Shown: positions 14,402 through 25,078, numbered from the stretch's first letter. The stretch is DNA of 27,885 nt from Rhodomicrobiaceae bacterium (GCA_050288485.1 JBNKDX010000001.1:1-27885), one strand, 5' to 3'. The notes: generated by a model from the letters alone, not told the origin. Numbers and translations: made by a program.

Positions 14402-15649
14402 ATGCGGGGAAACACCACGTATCCTTCTGGAGTTGCAGTGACGAACAGGGGCGAGCGAGACGGCGCCGTGCACCAGTGCGCGGGCGCAAATGTTCCTGCC
14501 GCGCAGGAGCATGCAGCTGGCCCTTTGGTTGCCGGGACGGCAAACCGCTCTTCCTCGAATGGCGCAGGGCTCGGCCTCGCCTCCGGCTCTGCGGCCTCGC
14601 CGAAGCCGCCTCCGCCGGTCTATGGCGCGCTCGACCTCGGCACCAACAATTGCCGCCTGCTGGTGGCCAGACCCTCGCGCCGCGGCTTTCAGGTCATCGA
14701 CGCCTTTTCCAGGATCATCCGGCTGGGGGAGGGAGTCAGCCAGACCGGCGTGCTCTCCGAGGCGGCCATGTCGCGGACGCTGGAGGCGCTGAAGGTCTGT
14801 TCGGACAAGATGCGGCGCCGCGAGGTGCGCCGCGCGCGCCTCATCGCCACCGAGGCCTGCCGCGTGGCGAAGAACGGCGGCGATTTCGTCAGCCGCGTGC
14901 GCTGTGAAACCGGCCTCGATCTCGAAGTCATCAGCCGTGAGACCGAGGCGAGGCTCGCGGTTGCGGGCTGCGCGTCGCTGATCGACCGCGACTGCGAGTG
15001 GGCGCTGGTGTTCGATATCGGCGGCGGTTCGTCGGAGCTGATCTGGCTTGATCTGCGCCGCGTCGCGCCGGCCAGGCGCCACACCATGAGCGAGCGCGTG
15101 CGCGTGCAGAACGCCATCGCCGGGTGGACGTCGCTGCCTGTGGGGGTGGTCACGCTTTCGGAGCGGTATGGCGGCCGCAATGTCGGTCCGTCGCTATTCG
15201 AGGTCATGGTTGCCGACGTTCTCTGGAAGCTGGACGCCTTCGAGAAGGCGCACGGCATTTCACGCCAGATCGCGGGCGGGCGGGCGCATCTGCTCGGAAC
15301 CTCCGGCACGGTGACCACGGTGGCGGGCGTCCATCTGGGGCTGCCGTGTTACAGCCGCGCCAAGGTGGACGGCTGCTGGCTGACCGAGAACGAGGTCCGC
15401 GCCGTTGTCGCGCGGCTTCTGAGGCTCAACTACGATGGCCGCGCGGCGGAGCCCTGCATTGGGCCGGAGCGCGCCGACCTCGTACTGGCGGGCTGCGCGA
15501 TCCTGGAGGCAATGTTGCGGCTGTGGCCGTGCGAGCGCCTGCGCGTCGCCGACCGGGGCCTTCGCGAGGGGATCCTGGCCAATCTGATGGCCGAGGATAC
15601 GCGCGCGAACGCGCACTGGCGGGAGAGGCGGCAGGGGAACCGCGCATGA
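14402..15649 (+). CDS. ppx: Ppx/GppA family exopolyphosphatase / pppGpp phosphohydrolase
   Basis: ALDLGTNNCRLL, IATEACR, FDIGGGSSE, GTSGTVTT, RADLVLAGCAIL, DRGLREG. The true start may be downstream of 14402. Confidence 0.9.
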   Translation: MRGNTTYPSGVAVTNRGERDGAVHQCAGANVPAAQEHAAGPLVAGTANRSSSNGAGLGLASGSAASPKPPPPVYGALDLGTNNCRLLVARPSRRGFQVIDAFSRIIRLGEGVSQTGVLSEAAMSRTLEALKVCSDKMRRREVRRARLIATEACRVAKNGGDFVSRVRCETGLDLEVISRETEARLAVAGCASLIDRDCEWALVFDIGGGSSELIWLDLRRVAPARRHTMSERVRVQNAIAGWTSLPVGVVTLSERYGGRNVGPSLFEVMVADVLWKLDAFEKAHGISRQIAGGRAHLLGTSGTVTTVAGVHLGLPCYSRAKVDGCWLTENEVRAVVARLLRLNYDGRAAEPCIGPERADLVLAGCAILEAMLRLWPCERLRVADRGLREGILANLMAEDTRANAHWRERRQGNRA

Positions 15650-15728
15650 ACGAATAGTCTTGTTCGCGATGCTTTCCTGACCGCCGTGCCGCTCATTTCA
15701 CGCGCTCATCGCCAGCGCCGCGGCGCGA

Positions 15729-16553
15729 TCAGGTCGTCTTCCGGCTCTGGAGATTGGTGTAGATCAACTGGCCGAGGCCCAGGGCCTGGGCGGCGAGCGC
15801 CTCCGACAGGAGGCGGCCGAGGCCGCGGCTGAATTTCCTGGCCGTGGGCGTCTCCAGCACGGCGACATAGGCGGCGAGTTCCTTCCGGCTCAGGTCGCGG
15901 TAGGTGTAGGCGAGCGTCGCCAGCACCTCTTTTCGCGTCGCCGCCGTGAGCGGGCCGCGCTGGCTCTCCTCTGCCGTTTTGAGGGCTTCTATATCGACCT
16001 TCTCCGGCCCCTCCGCGGCGCTGAGGATGCCCGCCTGCAGCGCGATGCTCATATTCATGGCGATGGCCACGCCGGTGGCGGTCAGACCGGCCGCCTCGTC
16101 CATCTTCCGGTAGAGCGCGTCGCGCTCCGGATCGGGCTTCGACCTCGCCGCATAGTCGCGTATCTTCGCGTTTGCGTGCACCGCCGCTTTCTCCAGCTCC
16201 GTCAGGCGTTTGCCCAGGCCAGAGTCGTAGTGGGCGAGCAGTTCCTTCTTCTCGGCGGGCGTCAGCAGCGCTTCCAGCCCCTTGTCGAGGAATTTCAGGA
16301 TTTCCTCGGGTTTGTAGGCGACGGGGATGGACTCGCGCATCGCGGTCAGGAATTTCGCGTCGATCTCCGAGCCGTTTTGAAACGCCTCGTCGATCCCCGC
16401 CTGCATGGTTCCGGGGAGACCGCGGATTTCCTGCGCTATTCCGGATTTTTCCAGCAGGTCCTTGTTGATGAGCGGCGTCTCGGCCCAGGCTGGCGCCGCC
16501 GCCGCGAACAGGAGCAAGGCGAAGGCACGGCATACCGTCTCACGAATACGCAT
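15729..16553 (-). CDS. Exported protein, DUF2059-like
   Basis: Signal peptide (RAFALLLFAAAAPAWA). Repeated LTPAEKKELLAHYDSGLGKRL and LSRKELAAYVAVLETPTARKF motifs resemble DUF2059. Confidence 0.65.
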   Translation of the reverse strand: MRIRETVCRAFALLLFAAAAPAWAETPLINKDLLEKSGIAQEIRGLPGTMQAGIDEAFQNGSEIDAKFLTAMRESIPVAYKPEEILKFLDKGLEALLTPAEKKELLAHYDSGLGKRLTELEKAAVHANAKIRDYAARSKPDPERDALYRKMDEAAGLTATGVAIAMNMSIALQAGILSAAEGPEKVDIEALKTAEESQRGPLTAATRKEVLATLAYTYRDLSRKELAAYVAVLETPTARKFSRGLGRLLSEALAAQALGLGQLIYTNLQSRKTT

Positions 16554-16721
16554 TACAACTCCTCGTAAGGTGCGCCAGGGCCGCGTTCGCGGGCCCGAGA
16601 CCGCCGATTTTACGGGAGGATGCTTACCGGATCATGTCGCCGGCCGGGCCGGTCCGCCTTTCGTGCCGGGCGGCTGCCCTCGCCGTCCGCCTGGGAATAC
16701 GGTTCTGGCCGCTGCGACTAC

Positions 16722-16750
16722 TTGCCAAATCACCCGGCTCATTCTATAAC
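16722..16750 (+). promoter_or_regulatory. sigma70 promoter of rpsB-tsf
   Basis: TTGCCA (16722-16727), 17 nt spacer, TATAAC (16745-16750), just upstream of the leader. Confidence 0.75.
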
Positions 16751-16758
16751 GCCGCCAT

Positions 16759-16868
16759 CACACACGCGGGAATCCACGTATGAACGGCCCCTCCGGGGGC
16801 CTCATTCATTCGTTCCGGTGGTGCGCCGGGCGGGTCCGGCGGCTGCAGCTCCCGCGGAGGATTAACCG
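16759..16868 (+). ncRNA. rpsB 5-prime leader (S2 autoregulatory cis element, t44-like)
   Basis: CACACACGCGGG at the 5-prime end pairs with CCCGCG. Internal TTCCGGTG and 3-prime GGAGGATTAACC are the hallmark motifs of rpsB leaders. Confidence 0.7.
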
Positions 16869-16889
16869 GAAAAGAGGAGATGCAGGCCT

Positions 16890-17993
16890 ATGGCGCTGCC
16901 CGATTTCACTATGCGCCAGCTGCTCGAAGCTGGCGTTCACTTCGGCCATCAGACGCACCGCTGGAATCCGAAAATGGATACGTTCATTTTCGGTGAGCGC
17001 AACAACATCCACATCATCGACCTGACCAAGACGGTCCCGCTCCTGCATCAGGCGCTGGTCGCGGTGAGCGATATCGTGGCGCGCGGCGGGCGCGTGCTGT
17101 TCGTGGCGACGAAGCATCAGGCATCGGACGTCATCGCCGACGCGGCCAAGCGCTGCGCGCAATACTACGTCAACCATCGCTGGCTCGGCGGCATGCTGAC
17201 CAACTGGAAGACGATCACGAATTCCATCAGGCGCCTGCGCCAGCTCGATGAACTGGTCAGCGGCGAAGGGCAGGGATTCACCAAGAAGGAGCTTCTGCAG
17301 CTCACCCGCGAACGCGACAAGCTGGAGCAGTCGCTCGGCGGCATCAAGGACATGGGCGGCCTGCCCGACATGATGTTCATCATCGACACCAACAAGGAGT
17401 CCATTGCCGTCGCCGAGGCGCGCAAGCTGGGCATCCCGGTCGTCGCGGTGGTGGATTCCAACTGTGACCCGGACGGCATCAACCACATCATCCCCGGCAA
17501 CGACGACGCTGGCCGCGCCATCACGCTCTATTGCGATTTGATGTCACGCGCGGCCCTCGACGGTATCGAGCGCGGCGCGGCGCGCGGCGGCGTCGATCTG
17601 GGCGCGGCGGAAGAGCCGGTCTCCGAAGATCTCGGCGAAGACGGCCGCCCGAGGCGCGCCAAGACCGCCGGGCGCGGCCGCCGCGGGGCCGAAGGCGAGG
17701 CGGAAGCCGCCGCAGCGAAGGAAAAGCCCGCGCCTGCGCCCGCCGTCCTATCCGGCTTCACGCCGCTCGGCGCTCCGCAGGGCGAGGCGGACGACATGCA
17801 GAAGCTGGCTGGCGTCGGCAAGGGTTGGGCGCGCAGGCTGAACGAAGCCGGCATCTTCCATTACTGGCAGGTGGCTGAACTCACCCAGGAGAACCTTCAG
17901 GAGCTGGACGAAGCCTTCCACGCCAAGGGCAAGATCGCCAAGAGCGACTGGGTCGAAGAGGCCAAGAAGCTTAAGGAAGGCGTGGCCGCCTGA
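16890..17993 (+). CDS. rpsB: 30S ribosomal protein S2 with C-terminal extension
   Basis: [45 protein letters not shown]. Confidence 0.98.
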   Translation: MALPDFTMRQLLEAGVHFGHQTHRWNPKMDTFIFGERNNIHIIDLTKTVPLLHQALVAVSDIVARGGRVLFVATKHQASDVIADAAKRCAQYYVNHRWLGGMLTNWKTITNSIRRLRQLDELVSGEGQGFTKKELLQLTRERDKLEQSLGGIKDMGGLPDMMFIIDTNKESIAVAEARKLGIPVVAVVDSNCDPDGINHIIPGNDDAGRAITLYCDLMSRAALDGIERGAARGGVDLGAAEEPVSEDLGEDGRPRRAKTAGRGRRGAEGEAEAAAAKEKPAPAPAVLSGFTPLGAPQGEADDMQKLAGVGKGWARRLNEAGIFHYWQVAELTQENLQELDEAFHAKGKIAKSDWVEEAKKLKEGVAA

Positions 17994-18083
17994 GGCCGCT
18001 GCCAGAGTGACGCTCCCGCGCTCAAGGCGGCGGGCGCCATTTCATTTCACCAACCTCGGATTCGAGAGGCTAACGAGGCGGAT

Positions 18084-19010
18084 ATGGCTGAGATTACGGC
18101 ACAGCTCGTGAAAGACCTGCGCGACAAGACCGGCGCGGGCATGATGGACTGCAAGAAAGCACTGGGCGAAACCAAGGGCGACATGGAAGCCGCCGTCGAC
18201 TGGCTGCGCGCCAAGGGGCTGGCCAAGGCTGCCTCCAAGGCGGACCGCGTGGCCGCGGAAGGTCTGGTCGGCGTGGCCCTCGCGGCCAAATCGGGGGCAG
18301 TGGTCGAGGTGAATTCCGAGACGGACTTCGTCGCCCGCAACGCCGAGTTCCAGGGCGCTGTCAAGGACATCGCCAAGCTGGCGCTGAAGGCGGGCGGCGA
18401 CGTCGCCAAGCTCGGTGAGGCCAAAATGCCCGGCGGCAAATCCGTCACCGAGCATCTGAAGGAAATGGTCGGCAAGATCGGCGAGAACATGAGCCTGCGC
18501 CGCACGGCGTTCCTGAAGGTCGGCAACGGCATCGTCGCTTCTTATGTGCACAACGCCATCGCGCCGGAGCTCGGCAAGATCGGTGTGCTGGTGGCGCTCG
18601 AATCCAAGGCCAAGAAGGACAAACTGGAGACGCTCGGCAAGCAGCTGTGCATGCATGTCGCCGCCACCAGCCCGCTCGCGGTGACGGCGGATGAGGTCGA
18701 TCCGGCGGTCGTCGCCCGCGAGAAGGCGATCTTCACCGAGCAGGCGAAGGAGTCCGGCAAGCCGGCCAATGTCGTCGAGAAGATGGTGGAGGGCCGTCTG
18801 CAGAAGTTCTTCAAGGAGCAGGTGCTTCTGAAGCAGCAGTTCGTCGTTGATCCCGACAATACCGTCGAGAAGGCGGTGCAGGCCGTTGCGAAAGAAGCCG
18901 GTGAGGACATCAAAGTCACGGGCTTCGTGCGTTTCGCTCTCGGCGAGGGTATCGAGAAGCGCGAGAGCGACTTCGCTGCGGAGGTCGCAGCCGCTGCTGG
19001 CGCGAAATAG
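18084..19010 (+). CDS. tsf: Elongation factor Ts
   Basis: [42 protein letters not shown]. Confidence 0.98.
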   Translation: MAEITAQLVKDLRDKTGAGMMDCKKALGETKGDMEAAVDWLRAKGLAKAASKADRVAAEGLVGVALAAKSGAVVEVNSETDFVARNAEFQGAVKDIAKLALKAGGDVAKLGEAKMPGGKSVTEHLKEMVGKIGENMSLRRTAFLKVGNGIVASYVHNAIAPELGKIGVLVALESKAKKDKLETLGKQLCMHVAATSPLAVTADEVDPAVVAREKAIFTEQAKESGKPANVVEKMVEGRLQKFFKEQVLLKQQFVVDPDNTVEKAVQAVAKEAGEDIKVTGFVRFALGEGIEKRESDFAAEVAAAAGAK

Positions 19011-19069
19011 TCCGGCGTCGGGCCGGGTTTCCGCCCGGCTCCCTCGCCTTCATCCTGGGAGCCTCGTCC

Positions 19070-19831
19070 ATGGCCGATGACGGTGCCGCGGGTTCCACCG
19101 CTTTTCGCCGCGTTCTCCTGAAACTGTCCGGCGAGTCCCTCCTCGGGGACAAGGCCTATGGCATCGACCCCGGGGCGGTGGCGGCGATGGCCGCGGAGGT
19201 TCGCGCCGTGGCCGCCCTCGGCCCGCAGGTTTGCATCGTCATGGGCGGCGGGAACATCTTTCGCGGGCTGTCGGCGGCGGCGGGCGGCATGGACCGCGTC
19301 AAGGCCGACAATATCGGCATGCTCGCCACCGTCATGAACGCCATCGCGCTGGAGGGCGCGCTCATTGCGGCTGGCAGCCCGGCGGTGATCCATTCCGCGA
19401 TTCCGACGCCAGTGGCCAATGCCTACCGCCGCGACGAGGCCGTTCGCGACATCGAGGCCGGACGGATCGTCATCTTCGCGGGCGGCACCGGCTGTCCCTT
19501 CTTCACCACCGACACGACCGCCGCCCTGCGCGCCGCCGAGGTGGGCTGCGACGTCATCCTGAAGGCGACGCAGGTGGACGGCATTTACTCGGCGGACCCC
19601 AAACGCCACCCCGACGCCACGCGGTTCGACAGCCTCACCTATGACGAGGCGCTCGCCCGCAATCTCCAGGTGATGGACGCTGCGGCATTCGCGATCGCGC
19701 GCGATGCGCGCATTCCGATTATGGTTTTTGCAGGCGAGGCGAACGGCAGTATAGTCAACGCTCTGACCGGCAGAGCGCGGTCGACGCTCGTCACCGCCGG
19801 GGAGCCGGCCCCGCCAACGCTTTCGTCATGA
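19070..19831 (+). CDS. pyrH: UMP kinase
   Basis: RVLLKLSGESL, GGGNIFRG, GMLATVMN, PFFTTDT, DGIYSADP, VMDAAA. Confidence 0.95.
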   Translation: MADDGAAGSTAFRRVLLKLSGESLLGDKAYGIDPGAVAAMAAEVRAVAALGPQVCIVMGGGNIFRGLSAAAGGMDRVKADNIGMLATVMNAIALEGALIAAGSPAVIHSAIPTPVANAYRRDEAVRDIEAGRIVIFAGGTGCPFFTTDTTAALRAAEVGCDVILKATQVDGIYSADPKRHPDATRFDSLTYDEALARNLQVMDAAAFAIARDARIPIMVFAGEANGSIVNALTGRARSTLVTAGEPAPPTLSS

Positions 19832-19895
19832 TTCATTGAGAGTTGATATTGTGCCGGCCGCGGCAATGAACTGATAGCCGATAAAGGATGATCTC

Positions 19896-20459
19896 ATGGC
19901 CCAAGGGACTTTCGATCTGAAGGATATCGAGAAGCGCATGCGCGGTGCGCTCGGGGTCCTCAAACAGGAATTCGGCGGCCTGCGCACTGGGCGCGCCAGT
20001 GCGACCCTCCTCGATCCGATCATGGTGAACGCCTATGGCTCCAAGATGCCGATCAGTCAGGTCGGAACGGTGTCGGTGCCCGAGGCGCGCATGATCACCG
20101 TTTCGGTTTGGGACAAGGGCCTCGTGAATGCCGTGGACAAGGCCATCCGCGAATCGGATCTCGGACTGAACCCGGTCGTCGACGGCACGACGCTGCGCCT
20201 GCCCATCCCCGAGCTTAACCAGGAGCGGCGGACCGAGCTGACCAAGATCGCGCACAAATACGCCGAGCAGGCCCGCGTCTCCATCCGCAATGTGCGCCGC
20301 GACGGCATGGACCTTCTGAAGCGTCTCGAAAAGGACCACAGCATCAGCGAGGACGAACACCGGATGCAGTCGGTGAAGGTGCAGGAACTGACGGATAAGA
20401 TCATCAAGGAAGTCGATGGCGCGCTGGCGACGAAAGAGCGCGAAATCATGCAGGTCTGA
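19896..20459 (+). CDS. frr: Ribosome recycling factor
   Basis: [40 protein letters not shown]. Confidence 0.98.
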   Translation: MAQGTFDLKDIEKRMRGALGVLKQEFGGLRTGRASATLLDPIMVNAYGSKMPISQVGTVSVPEARMITVSVWDKGLVNAVDKAIRESDLGLNPVVDGTTLRLPIPELNQERRTELTKIAHKYAEQARVSIRNVRRDGMDLLKRLEKDHSISEDEHRMQSVKVQELTDKIIKEVDGALATKEREIMQV

Positions 20460-20522
20460 CCGTTTGCGAGCGATCGTGGCGGTTTTGAAATCATTTTTTG
20501 CCGTCATTTACATTCTAGCCGG

Positions 20523-21293
20523 GTGCGTGCTGTGACCGAAATGGTGCCGCCGAAATATACCGATCCTTCCGCGGGGAAAGCCGTTCCCGCCCACGTCGCC
20601 ATCATCATGGACGGCAACGGCCGTTGGGCGAAGAAGCGCGGGCTGCCGCGCAGCGAGGGCCATCGGCGCGGCGTGGAAAATGTGCGCGTCTGCGTGCGTG
20701 CCGCCGCCGAACTCGGCGTGCGCTACCTGACGCTGTATGCCTTCTCCTCGGAAAACTGGCGCCGGCCTCAGGCGGAGATCGCCGCGCTCATGGGTCTCCT
20801 CAAGCGTTTCATTCGCCGCGATCTGGTGGAACTGCACGAGGAGAATGTGCGCATCCGCGTCATCGGCGCCGACGACAACGTTGATGAGGAAGTCGCAAGG
20901 CTCATTGGCGAGGCCGTGCAACTCACCAAGGACAACACGGGGCTGGCGCTCACCGTGGCCTTCAATTACGGCGCCCGTGACGAGATTGTGCGGGCGGTGC
21001 GGGCGCTGGCGGCCGAGGCGGCGCGCGGCGAGATCACGCCGGAGAGCATCGGTATGGACAGCATCGCCGCTCATCTGGATACTGCGGGTGTCCCAGACCC
21101 CGACCTGCTGATCCGCACTGGAGGCGACCGGCGCATCAGCAACTTCCTCCTGTGGCAATGTGCCTACACCGAGTTCGTTTTTCATGATGCTTTCTGGCCC
21201 GATTTCACCAAGGATATGCTGGCCGCCGCGGTCAGCGAGTTCCAACGCCGCGAGCGCAGGTTCGGGGGGCTGACCACGAAGTGCAGCGCGTGA
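20523..21293 (+). CDS. uppS: Undecaprenyl diphosphate synthase
   Basis: [58 protein letters not shown]. The start may be 20532 or 20541. Confidence 0.97.
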   Translation: MRAVTEMVPPKYTDPSAGKAVPAHVAIIMDGNGRWAKKRGLPRSEGHRRGVENVRVCVRAAAELGVRYLTLYAFSSENWRRPQAEIAALMGLLKRFIRRDLVELHEENVRIRVIGADDNVDEEVARLIGEAVQLTKDNTGLALTVAFNYGARDEIVRAVRALAAEAARGEITPESIGMDSIAAHLDTAGVPDPDLLIRTGGDRRISNFLLWQCAYTEFVFHDAFWPDFTKDMLAAAVSEFQRRERRFGGLTTKCSA

Positions 21294-22168
21294 CGGGCGA
21301 ACGGTCTCAGGTGATAACCGGAGGAGAGGGCACGGCGGAGCGCCGGCGCTCGGAGCTGCTGCTGCGGGTCCACTCGGCCCTCGTTCTCATTGTCGTCGCG
21401 CTTCTGCTGACATATGCCGGGCTGCAGGCCTTCGCGGTCCTCATCACGGCTTTCATCGCTCTCATGGCGTGGGAATGGGGGCGGCTGGTGCGCGGCGGCG
21501 GGATCGACGTCGCCTTCGGCCTGCAACTCGCCTCCACCGCAGCCGCTTCATGGGCGACGGTGCAGGGATGCATGGCCTGCGCCCTTTTCGCCGTGATCCT
21601 GGGGACGGTCGCAGTGTTCCTGTTCCGCCTGGGCAAACTGGAACGGCCGCAGGCGTGGTGGTCGGCGGCTGGCGTCTATTATGCGGGTCTGCCTGCCGTG
21701 GCGCTGATCTGGATCCGCAGCGACGCCGAATATGGCTGGCTGGCGATTCTGTACATTTTTGCGATCGTGTGGACGACGGACAGCGCCGCCTATGTCTTCG
21801 GGCGATGGATCGGCGGCGCCAAGCTCGCGCCGCGCGTATCGCCGAAAAAGACCTGGGCCGGGTTCATCGGCGGCACGGCGGCAGCCGGAGCCGCCGGATT
21901 TTTGTTCGCCCTGGCGATGGGCAACGGCGTCCCGCTCAGGCTCGCGGTTCTCGGCGCCGGGCTTGCGCTGGCTTCTCAAATGGGCGATCTCGGCGAGTCG
22001 GCGCTCAAACGTTCATTCGGTATCAAGGACTCGAGCGGTCTTATTCCGGGACATGGCGGCGTTCTCGACCGCATCGACGGTCTCGTTTTCGCCGCCGTGG
22101 CCGCGGCGCTCATTGCCTGGGCGGCCGATGCGGCGCACCCCGGGCGGGCGCTCCTGCTCTGGCAGTAA
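21290..22168 (+). CDS. cdsA: Phosphatidate cytidylyltransferase
   Basis: [62 protein letters not shown] 21290 overlaps the uppS stop. Confidence 0.95.
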   Translation: MTGERSQVITGGEGTAERRRSELLLRVHSALVLIVVALLLTYAGLQAFAVLITAFIALMAWEWGRLVRGGGIDVAFGLQLASTAAASWATVQGCMACALFAVILGTVAVFLFRLGKLERPQAWWSAAGVYYAGLPAVALIWIRSDAEYGWLAILYIFAIVWTTDSAAYVFGRWIGGAKLAPRVSPKKTWAGFIGGTAAAGAAGFLFALAMGNGVPLRLAVLGAGLALASQMGDLGESALKRSFGIKDSSGLIPGHGGVLDRIDGLVFAAVAAALIAWAADAAHPGRALLLWQ

Positions 22169-22228
22169 GCCGTGGCCGGGCGGCGCCGCGCGTCCTCATC
22201 AAAGCCGGACAAAGGAGACGGACAGAAG

Positions 22229-23452
22229 GTGGCAGCGACGGAAAGCACGTCCGCGGGGCGTGCGGAGGACCGGCCGTTGAAACGGCGGAGGGTGAGCGTT
22301 CTCGGCGCAACCGGGTCCATCGGCCTGAACACGCTCGACCTCATCGGCCGCTCGCCCGAGCTTTTCGATGTCGTGGCGCTCGCTGCGGGCGGCAACGCGG
22401 AAAAGCTCGCCAGCCTCGCCATTCGTCACGGCGCGAAATTCGCCGCCATCGCCGATCCCTCGCGCTATGAGGCGTTGAAAAATTGCCTCGCCGGGACCGG
22501 CATCGAGGCGGCGGCGGGCGAGGACGCGGTCTGTGCCGCGGCCCGCATGCCGGCGGACTGGATCATGGCCGCGATCGTCGGCGCGGCGGGCCTGCGCCCC
22601 ACCTTCGCCGCCGTGGAGCAGGGCGCCTGCGTCGCGCTCGCCAACAAGGAATGCCTGGTGTCCGCGGGCGAAGTGTTTCTGGCGGCGGTGCAAAAAGCGG
22701 GCGCATCGCTGCTTCCCGTGGACTCGGAACACTCCGCCGCGTTCCAGGCGCTCGATTCCTCCCATCCGCGCTGCATCGAATGCATCACGCTGACCGCCTC
22801 GGGCGGGCCGTTCCGCGGCTGGGACGCCGCACGGCTGGAGACGGTGACGCCAGCGGAGGCGCTCAGGCATCCGAACTGGTCGATGGGCCAGAAGATAACC
22901 ATCGATTCCGCGACCCTGATGAACAAGGGCCTCGAACTCATCGAGGCGTTCCACCTCTTCCCCGTGAAGGCGGAACAGCTCCGCGCCGTCGTGCATCCGC
23001 AGTCGATCGTGCACTGCCTCATCCAGTATTGCGACGGCGCCGTTCTGGCGCAGATGGGGACGCCCGATATGCGCACGCCCATCGCCTACGCCCTGGCCTG
23101 GCCGGAGCGTATGCCAGCGCCGGTCCGGCGGCTCGATCTGGCCGCCCTCGGCAGCCTAACCTTCGAGGCGCCCGACGAGGGGCGCTTCCCCTGCCTTCGC
23201 ATCGCCCGCGAAGCGCTTTCGGCTGGCGGCAATGCCCCGACCGTTCTTAACGCTGCCAACGAAATTGCTGTGAATGCCTTCCTTGGCGGCAAAATCGGAT
23301 TTATGACTATCGCCAAAGTGGTAGAAGCTGCTCTTGAAGTCGCGCCTGCGGAGATTGGTAATTCGCCTGCCGTGACATTAGATGAGGTTATAGCCACCGA
23401 CCGGGCCGCTCGCGAGCTGGCCCGGCGGCTTTGCGGGACACACGCGGCCTGA
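22229..23452 (+). CDS. dxr: 1-deoxy-D-xylulose 5-phosphate reductoisomerase
   Basis: LGATGSIG, LANKE, PVDSEHSA, TASGGPF, HPNWSMGQKITIDSATLMNKGLE, NAANE. Start is uncertain (GTG 22229 after AAGGAG, or 22172). Confidence 0.96.
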   Translation: MAATESTSAGRAEDRPLKRRRVSVLGATGSIGLNTLDLIGRSPELFDVVALAAGGNAEKLASLAIRHGAKFAAIADPSRYEALKNCLAGTGIEAAAGEDAVCAAARMPADWIMAAIVGAAGLRPTFAAVEQGACVALANKECLVSAGEVFLAAVQKAGASLLPVDSEHSAAFQALDSSHPRCIECITLTASGGPFRGWDAARLETVTPAEALRHPNWSMGQKITIDSATLMNKGLELIEAFHLFPVKAEQLRAVVHPQSIVHCLIQYCDGAVLAQMGTPDMRTPIAYALAWPERMPAPVRRLDLAALGSLTFEAPDEGRFPCLRIAREALSAGGNAPTVLNAANEIAVNAFLGGKIGFMTIAKVVEAALEVAPAEIGNSPAVTLDEVIATDRAARELARRLCGTHAA

Positions 23453-23505
23453 GGCCGCCTCGATGCCGGGCGCCCTGCTCTGTCCGGCGGAACGGAGTGG
23501 ATGAT

Positions 23506-24912
23506 ATGGGCTTCGAGGTTCTATCCGGGCTCTGGTACCAGTTTGTGGACTTCCTGCCCTACGTTTTGCCGATCGCTTTCGTGCTCGGCATGGTGGTCTT
23601 CGTGCACGAACTGGGGCATTTCCTGGTTGCGCGCTATTACGGCGTGGCGGTGACGGCGTTTTCCATCGGTTTCGGTCCCGAAATCACGGGTTTCTACGAC
23701 CGTTACGGCACGCGCTGGCGGATTTCGTGGATCCCGCTCGGCGGCTATGTGATGTTCAAAGGCGACGAGAACGTCGCCAGCATGCCTGCTGCCGATATCG
23801 CCGCCATTCCGGAGTCGGAGCGCGCGGGCATCCTCCACCTCAAGCCGCTGTATCAGCGCGCCGCGGTCTCTGCGGCCGGTCCGGCCGCCAATTTCGTTCT
23901 GGCGATCGTCGTTCTGTTCTTCTGGTACATGTTCATCGGCAAGGCGATCATCGAGCCGCGCGTGGCCGCCGTGTCCCCGGGCAGCGCGGCGGAAGAGGCC
24001 GGTTTCAAGCCCGGCGACCTCATTCTGAAGATCGACGGCGGCGAGATCGAGAGTTTCGACGACGTGCAGCGCGTCGTCATGCTCAGCGCGAACACCCCGC
24101 TGGAGATCACGGTTGGGCGCGGCGATCGCCAGGTCAAGCTCAACGCCACGCCGCGTCTGACCGAGCAGGAGGGCGGCTCCAGCAGCATGAAAATCGGCGT
24201 CCTCGGCATCCGCTCCGCCGTGCCGCGGATTGCGAAGGTCGACGCCGGAAGCGCCGCGGCGGCGGCGGGACTAAAGGCTGGCGATATCGTCGTTCAGGTG
24301 AACGGCGCCGACGTCGAGCGCTTCTCGGATATCGTCGAGGCCGCGGCCAAGAATGCGGGAAAGCCCATGGCGATCGCGGTCGAACGCGACGGACGGCCTG
24401 TCACGCTGAGCGTGACCCCGGAGGTTCGGAAGCGCAAGACGCGCTCGGGCGAGGTCGTGAAGACCGGCGTACTCGGCATTCACATGGAGAGGAGGGACCT
24501 GGCCTTCCACCGCCAGTACCCGCCTCGCGCCTTTGCACTGGCGCTCTCGGAGACGTGGTTCAACCTGAAAGTGCCCTTCATCTTCATTCAGAAGCTGTTC
24601 CTGCGCGAGGCCTCGGGCGAGGACGTGGGCGGCATCATCCGCATCGGTGAGCTTGCACATGATGTCGCAGCGGTCAGCCCCATCGCACTTTTTCACTTGC
24701 TTGCGGTGATTTCCGTGCAGATCGGGCTGCTGAATCTGTTTCCCATTCCCATTCTCGACGGCGGTCACCTTTTGTTCTATGGCATTGAAGCCATACGTGG
24801 TCGCCCATTGAGCGAAAGGGCCATAGAAGTGAGTTTTCGAATTGGCTTCGTACTGGTGATCATGTTAATGCTTTTTGCGACGCGGAATGATGTGATTCAT
24901 CTCCTCCGCTGA
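23506..24912 (+). CDS. rseP: RIP zinc metalloprotease RseP with two PDZ domains
   Basis: HELGH, FSIGFGP, PLGGYV, AGPAAN, two PDZ repeats, NLFPIPILDGGH. ATG 23506 follows GGAG. Confidence 0.96.
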   Translation: MGFEVLSGLWYQFVDFLPYVLPIAFVLGMVVFVHELGHFLVARYYGVAVTAFSIGFGPEITGFYDRYGTRWRISWIPLGGYVMFKGDENVASMPAADIAAIPESERAGILHLKPLYQRAAVSAAGPAANFVLAIVVLFFWYMFIGKAIIEPRVAAVSPGSAAEEAGFKPGDLILKIDGGEIESFDDVQRVVMLSANTPLEITVGRGDRQVKLNATPRLTEQEGGSSSMKIGVLGIRSAVPRIAKVDAGSAAAAAGLKAGDIVVQVNGADVERFSDIVEAAAKNAGKPMAIAVERDGRPVTLSVTPEVRKRKTRSGEVVKTGVLGIHMERRDLAFHRQYPPRAFALALSETWFNLKVPFIFIQKLFLREASGEDVGGIIRIGELAHDVAAVSPIALFHLLAVISVQIGLLNLFPIPILDGGHLLFYGIEAIRGRPLSERAIEVSFRIGFVLVIMLMLFATRNDVIHLLR

Positions 24913-25048
24913 AGGAATAATGGTTTGGCCGCCAGAAACTTATCGGTGACGAAGCGATCTGGCCGGCCGCAGTGCATGTTTTGAGTAGGGCGCGTGGCCG
25001 GGGGGCCACAGCTTCCTGCGATCTTAGGAGCCGGCGCGAAAAGTCACG

Positions 25049-25078
25049 TTGCAGACACAAACCGGTGGCTTTTAAATT
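25049..25078 (+). promoter_or_regulatory. Possible bamA promoter
   Basis: TTGCAG (25049-25054), 17-18 nt spacer, then TTAAAT/TAAATT in an AT-rich patch. Confidence 0.35.

Noticed and set aside
23431-23505. Extended rseP N-terminus
   Set aside because: It overlaps dxr and is low-information. ATG 23506 has a ribosome binding site.
23940-24480. Tandem PDZ domains in RseP as a novelty
   Set aside because: Two PDZ domains is a known RseP architecture, as in E. coli.
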